Below, one piece after another: positions 13,666 through 19,418 of a stretch of DNA of 19,418 nt. The notes below the pieces were generated by a model that searched no databases, had not been told where the DNA came from, and worked only from the letters and a program-made list of their open reading frames with translations. Position numbers and translations under genes: made by a program. This DNA is from Eledone cirrhosa (lineage: Eukaryota), in the NCBI GenBank assembly GCA_964016885.1, contig CAXHJY010000141.1, forward strand, positions 1 through 19,418. Reading direction: 5' to 3'. Position 1 is the first letter of the stretch. The number at the start of each line of letters is the position of its first letter.

Positions 13666-13842
13666 ATTGTTTCTACTTTAGGCACAAGGCCTGCAATTTG
13701 AAGGGGAGGTGAAAGTTGATTAAATCGCCCCCGGTGCTTACTTACTCGTACTTTATTTCGACCCCAAAAAAGTTGAAAGGCAAAGCTAGCCTCGACGGGA
13801 TTTGAACTCAAAACGTAAAGGGCCGTAACTCTATGCTGCTAG
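13666..13842 (-). mobile_element. SINE family 2 copy
   Basis: Reverse complement: GAGTTACGGCCCTTTACGTTTTGAGTTCAAATCCCGTCGAGGCTAGCTTTGCCTTTCAAC..GGGGTCGAAATAAAGTAC...GGCCTTGTGCCTAAAGTAGAAACAAT. Confidence 0.8.
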
Positions 13843-14019
13843 GTGTCCGACAATGTTTGGTAAACAGATCTGTGAAGTGTTGTTGTACTACATCTCTGAA
13901 TGCAGGAGTCGGTGTCTCATCACGCAGTGTGTTTCGGCCCCTTCTACCACAACACCAAAGCTACTTGCGGCAATCAACCGATGTAAGCGACTAAGCTCCT
14001 GCACAATCCTCGGCGAGTG

Positions 14020-14244
14020 ATTTTGTATATATATATATATATATTTTTTTTCTGTATGTATATATATATATTTTTGTATATATATATATATTTTTTTTTT
14101 TATATATGTATATATATATATATATATTTTTTTTTTATATATGTATATATATATAAATAAATATATATATATTTTTGTATATATATATATATATTTTTTT
14201 TTTCTATATGTATATATATATATAAATATATATATATTTTTGTA

Positions 14245-14275
<31 letters not shown>

Positions 14276-14312
14276 CTATATGTATATATATATATATATT
14301 TATATATATATT

Positions 14313-14343
<31 letters not shown>

Positions 14344-14358
14344 ATTTATATATATATT

Positions 14359-14389
<31 letters not shown>

Positions 14390-14430
14390 ATTTATATATA
14401 TATTTATATATATATATATTTATATATATT

Positions 14431-14461
<31 letters not shown>

Positions 14462-14478
14462 ATATTTATATATATATT

Positions 14479-14561
<83 letters not shown>

Positions 14562-14625
14562 ATTTATATATATATATATATTTATATATATTTATATATA
14601 TATATATATTTTATTTATATATATT

Positions 14626-14680
<55 letters not shown>

Positions 14681-14681
14681 T

Positions 14682-14712
<31 letters not shown>

Positions 14713-14751
14713 ATATATATATATTTATTTATATATATATATATATTTATT

Positions 14752-14782
<31 letters not shown>

Positions 14783-14869
14783 ATATTTATATATATTTAT
14801 ATATATATATATATTTATTTATATATATATATATATTTATATATATTTATATATATATATATATTTATT

Positions 14870-14901
<32 letters not shown>

Positions 14902-14929
14902 TATATATATATATATATTTATATATATT

Positions 14930-14992
<63 letters not shown>

Positions 14993-15009
14993 ATTTATAT
15001 ATATATATT

Positions 15010-15040
<31 letters not shown>

Positions 15041-15057
15041 ATTTATATATATATATT

Positions 15058-15156
<99 letters not shown>

Positions 15157-15166
15157 ATATATATAT
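14020..15166. repeat. (TA)n microsatellite with TTTA interruptions and poly-T at the start
   Basis: Direct reading of the sequence. Confidence 0.97.
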
Positions 15167-15357
15167 GTAGATAAATCTACCAAGAGTTTACGGTAGTGTC
15201 CAATCCGTATGAAGAACTCAATGTATTCCGGATATCATGGAAAGAAGAGATGTAATGAAAAACCACTTTCGGTGAAAGATAAACGGTATACAGAGTCAAG
15301 ATAAAATATTAAACAAATAATGAATAAACAATTCCTTATATTAAACAAAAAAAGTTC

Positions 15358-15507
15358 ATTATTTAACGATCGTTTCTAGGATATATATGTGTGATAGAAT
15401 TGGTATGCATATTCAACAGATCTATGTACAAAATTATACAAAATTATACAAATTATCAAGATTAAATTAACATACCAACACATATATACGCCGTCTTCAG
15501 AAATAAT
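15358..15507 (-). ncRNA. Mirror copy of the family B hammerhead
   Basis: Left arm of the palindrome, with the same motif on the minus strand. Confidence 0.7.
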
Positions 15508-15656
15508 TATTTCTGAAGACGGCGTATATATGTGTTTGGTATGTATATTTAATCTTGATAATTTGTATAATTTTGTATAATTTTGTACATAGATCTGTTG
15601 AATATGCATACCAATTCTATCACACATATATATCCTAGAAACGATCGTTAAATAAT
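15506..15656 (+). ncRNA. Type-I hammerhead-like ribozyme with long stem II (family B)
   Basis: Stem I ATTATTT(15506-15512)/AAATAAT(15650-15656); CTGAAGA 15513-15519; ~120-nt stem II (TATATATGTG/CACATATATA and TTGGTATGTATATTT/GAATATGCATACCAA); GAAAC 15638-15642; palindromic stem III AACGATCGTT; GUU at 15647-15649. Confidence 0.7.
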
Positions 15657-15704
15657 GAACTTTTTTTGTTTAATATAAGGAATTGTTTATTCATTATTTG
15701 TTTA

Positions 15705-16949
<1,245 letters not shown>

Positions 16950-17086
16950 ATTGGAATAAATGCTCTGAAATAGCGATATATATGTGAATATAGACATAGA
17001 ATATTCGAAAATATTCTGTATGTTTATAATAAACATTTTGAAGACCTAATCGCTATAGAATAGAATACGTCACGTATTACAATTAG

Positions 17087-17175
17087 ATTCTCGATAAAAG
17101 CAAGGGAAGTAATCTACGCGTTTCATTCTTTTTAGAAATCATCAGGACTACATATCCAGTGCTTTTATCGAGAAT
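17087..17175 (-). ncRNA. Hammerhead ribozyme, family C variant
   Basis: The minus strand reads CTGATGA-TTTCT-aaaa-AGAAT-GAAACGCGTA, with two substitutions in stem-loop II. Confidence 0.8.
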
Positions 17176-17396
17176 GACACAGCTAGAGACTTATAGAATA
17201 CTTAGCTGTGTACAGGAACTGGTTTGAAAGAGCGGTTGCCGGTCCGGCAGAAATTAGAAATTGGAATAAATGCTCTGAAATAGCGATATATATATGAATA
17301 TAGACATAGAATATTCGAAAATATTCTGTATGTTTATAATAAACATTTTGAAGACCTAATCGCTATAGAATAGAATACGTCACGTATTACAATTAG

Positions 17397-17485
17397 ATTC
17401 TCGATAAAAGCAAGGGAAGTAATCTACGCGTTTCATTCTTGTTAGAATTCATCAGGACTACATATCCAGTGCTTTTATCGAGAAT
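17397..17485 (-). ncRNA. Hammerhead ribozyme, family C (inverted unit)
   Basis: Exact reverse complement of 17665-17753. Confidence 0.9.
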
Positions 17486-17664
17486 GACACAGCTAGAGAC
17501 TTATAGAATACTTAGCTGTGTACAGGAACTGGTTTGAAAGAGCGGTTGCCGGTCCGGCAGAAATTAGAAATTGGAATAAATAATAATTTCTGCCGGACCG
17601 GCAACCGCTCTTTCAAACCAGTTCCTGTACACAGCTAAGTATTCTATAAGTCTCTAGCTGTGTC

Positions 17665-17753
17665 ATTCTCGATAAAAGCACTGGATATGTAGTCCTGATG
17701 AATTCTAACAAGAATGAAACGCGTAGATTACTTCCCTTGCTTTTATCGAGAAT
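17665..17753 (+). ncRNA. Type-I hammerhead ribozyme, family C
   Basis: Stem I GTAGTC(17689-17694)/GATTAC(17726-17731), extended by a perfect 16-bp ATTCTCGATAAAAGCA/TGCTTTTATCGAGAAT; CTGATGA 17695-17701; stem II ATTCT-aaca-AGAAT; GAAAC-GC-GTA; cleavage after 17725. Confidence 0.9.
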
Positions 17754-17974
17754 CTAATTGTAATACGTGACGTATTCTATTCTATAGCGATTAGGTCTTC
17801 AAAATGTTTATTATAAACATACAGAATATTTTCGAATATTCTATGTCTATATTCATATATATATCGCTATTTCAGAGCATTTATTCCAATTTCTAATTTC
17901 TGCCGGACCGGCAACCGCTCTTTCAAACCAGTTCCTGTACACAGCTAAGTATTCTATAAGTCTCTAGCTGTGTC

Positions 17975-18063
17975 ATTCTCGATAAAAGCACTGGATATGT
18001 AGTCCTGATGAATTCTAACAAGAATGAAACGCGTAGATTACTTCCCTTGCTTTTATCGAGAAT
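17975..18063 (+). ncRNA. Hammerhead ribozyme, family C
   Basis: Identical copy at +310. Confidence 0.9.
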
Positions 18064-18284
18064 CTAATTGTAATACGTGACGTATTCTATTCTATAGCGA
18101 TTAGGTCTTCAAAATGTTTATTATAAACATACAGAATATTTTCGAATATTCTATGTCTATATTCATATATATATCGCTATTTCAGAGCATTTATTCCAAT
18201 TTCTAATTTCTGCCGGACCGGCAACCGCTCTTTCAAACCAGTTCCTGTACACAGCTAAGTATTCTATAAGTCTCTAGCTGTGTC

Positions 18285-18373
18285 ATTCTCGATAAAAGCA
18301 CTGGATATGTAGTCCTGATGAATTCTAACAAGAATGAAACGCGTAGATTACTTCCCTTGCTTTTATCGAGAAT
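18285..18373 (+). ncRNA. Hammerhead ribozyme, family C
   Basis: Identical copy at +620. Confidence 0.9.
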
Positions 18374-18594
18374 CTAATTGTAATACGTGACGTATTCTAT
18401 TCTATAGCGATTAGGTCTTCAAAATGTTTATTATAAACATACAGAATATTTTCGAATATTCTATGTCTATATTCATATATATATCGCTATTTCAGAGCAT
18501 TTATTCCAATTTCTAATTTCTGCCGGACCGGCAACCGCTCTTTCAAACCAGTTCCTGTACACAGCTAAGTATTCTATAAGTCTCTAGCTGTGTC

Positions 18595-18683
18595 ATTCTC
18601 GATAAAAGCACTGGATATGTAGTCCTGATGAATTCTAACAAGAATGAAACGCGTAGATTACTTCCCTTGCTTTTATCGAGAAT
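18595..18683 (+). ncRNA. Hammerhead ribozyme, family C
   Basis: Identical copy at +930. Confidence 0.9.
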
Positions 18684-18904
18684 CTAATTGTAATACGTGA
18701 CGTATTCTATTCTATAGCGATTAGGTCTTCAAAATGTTTATTATAAACATACAGAATATTTTCGAATATTCTATGTCTATATTCATATATATATCGCTAT
18801 TTCAGAGCATTTATTCCAATTTCTAATTTCTGCCGGACCGGCAACCGCTCTTTCAAACCAGTTCCTGTACACAGCTAAGTATTCTATAAGTCTCTAGCTG
18901 TGTC

Positions 18905-18993
18905 ATTCTCGATAAAAGCACTGGATATGTAGTCCTGATGAATTCTAACAAGAATGAAACGCGTAGATTACTTCCCTTGCTTTTATCGAGAAT
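18905..18993 (+). ncRNA. Hammerhead ribozyme, family C
   Basis: Identical copy at +1240. Confidence 0.9.
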
Positions 18994-19214
18994 CTAATTG
19001 TAATACGTGACGTATTCTATTCTATAGCGATTAGGTCTTCAAAATGTTTATTATAAACATACAGAATATTTTCGAATATTCTATGTCTATATTCATATAT
19101 ATATCGCTATTTCAGAGCATTTATTCCAATTTCTAATTTCTGCCGGACCGGCAACCGCTCTTTCAAACCAGTTCCTGTACACAGCTAAGTATTCTATAAG
19201 TCTCTAGCTGTGTC

Positions 19215-19303
19215 ATTCTCGATAAAAGCACTGGATATGTAGTCCTGATGAATTCTAACAAGAATGAAACGCGTAGATTACTTCCCTTGCTTTTATCGAG
19301 AAT
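19215..19303 (+). ncRNA. Hammerhead ribozyme, family C
   Basis: Identical copy at +1550. Confidence 0.9.
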
Positions 19304-19418
19304 CTAATTGTAATACGTGACGTATTCTATTCTATAGCGATTAGGTCTTCAAAATGTTTATTATAAACATACAGAATATTTTCGAATATTCTATGTCTAT
19401 ATTCATATATATATCGCT

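Larger units (their letters stand above)
16950..17580 (-). repeat. 310-bp tandem repeat, two units in inverted orientation
   Basis: TTGGAATAAA recurs at 16951, 17261 and 17571. This block is the reverse complement of the downstream array. Confidence 0.97.
17584..19418 (+). mobile_element. 310-bp hammerhead-containing tandem array (~5.9 units, runs off the window); non-LTR retrozyme / Penelope pLTR-like
   Basis: ATTCTATAAG recurs at 17641, 17951, 18261, 18571, 18881 and 19191. The units appear identical, with one HHR per unit. Confidence 0.85.

Noticed and set aside
13901-14004. Imperfect hairpin TGCAGGAG...CTCCTGCA with minus-strand GAAAC/GTGATGAG
   Set aside because: Motif order, spacing and helices do not fit a hammerhead, and the pairing is patchy.
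16950-19418. CRISPR array or rRNA/snRNA tandem cluster
   Set aside because: The units are identical over their whole length with no unique spacers, and I recognise no 5S or U snRNA sequence.

Overview
Eukaryotic, gene-poor and repeat-dominated DNA. The SINE types and the huge (TA)n/(TACA)n tracts suggest a cephalopod (Octopus-like) genome; this is inference. No credible protein-coding gene is present, and nearly all long ORFs are I/Y/H/T or Y/I/C/V/M translations of microsatellite. The main signal is that several non-microsatellite islands carry minimal type-I hammerhead ribozyme (HHR) motifs of the kind known from Penelope-like element pseudo-LTRs and non-LTR retrozymes. (i) A directly repeated HHR unit with 467-bp spacing lies at 1235-1995. 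(ii) A 413-bp palindrome at 15301-15713 has arms that each encode an HHR with a ~120-nt stem II. (iii) A near-perfect 310-bp tandem array runs from 16950 to the window end, with 8 HHR copies and an internal inversion. (iv) Two degenerate HHRs lie at ~7320-7362 (-) and 13551-13628 (+). The middle (8.9-13.9 kb) is a cluster of tRNA-derived SINEs (CORE-like and a second family) and (GAT)n-tailed retroposon fragments.
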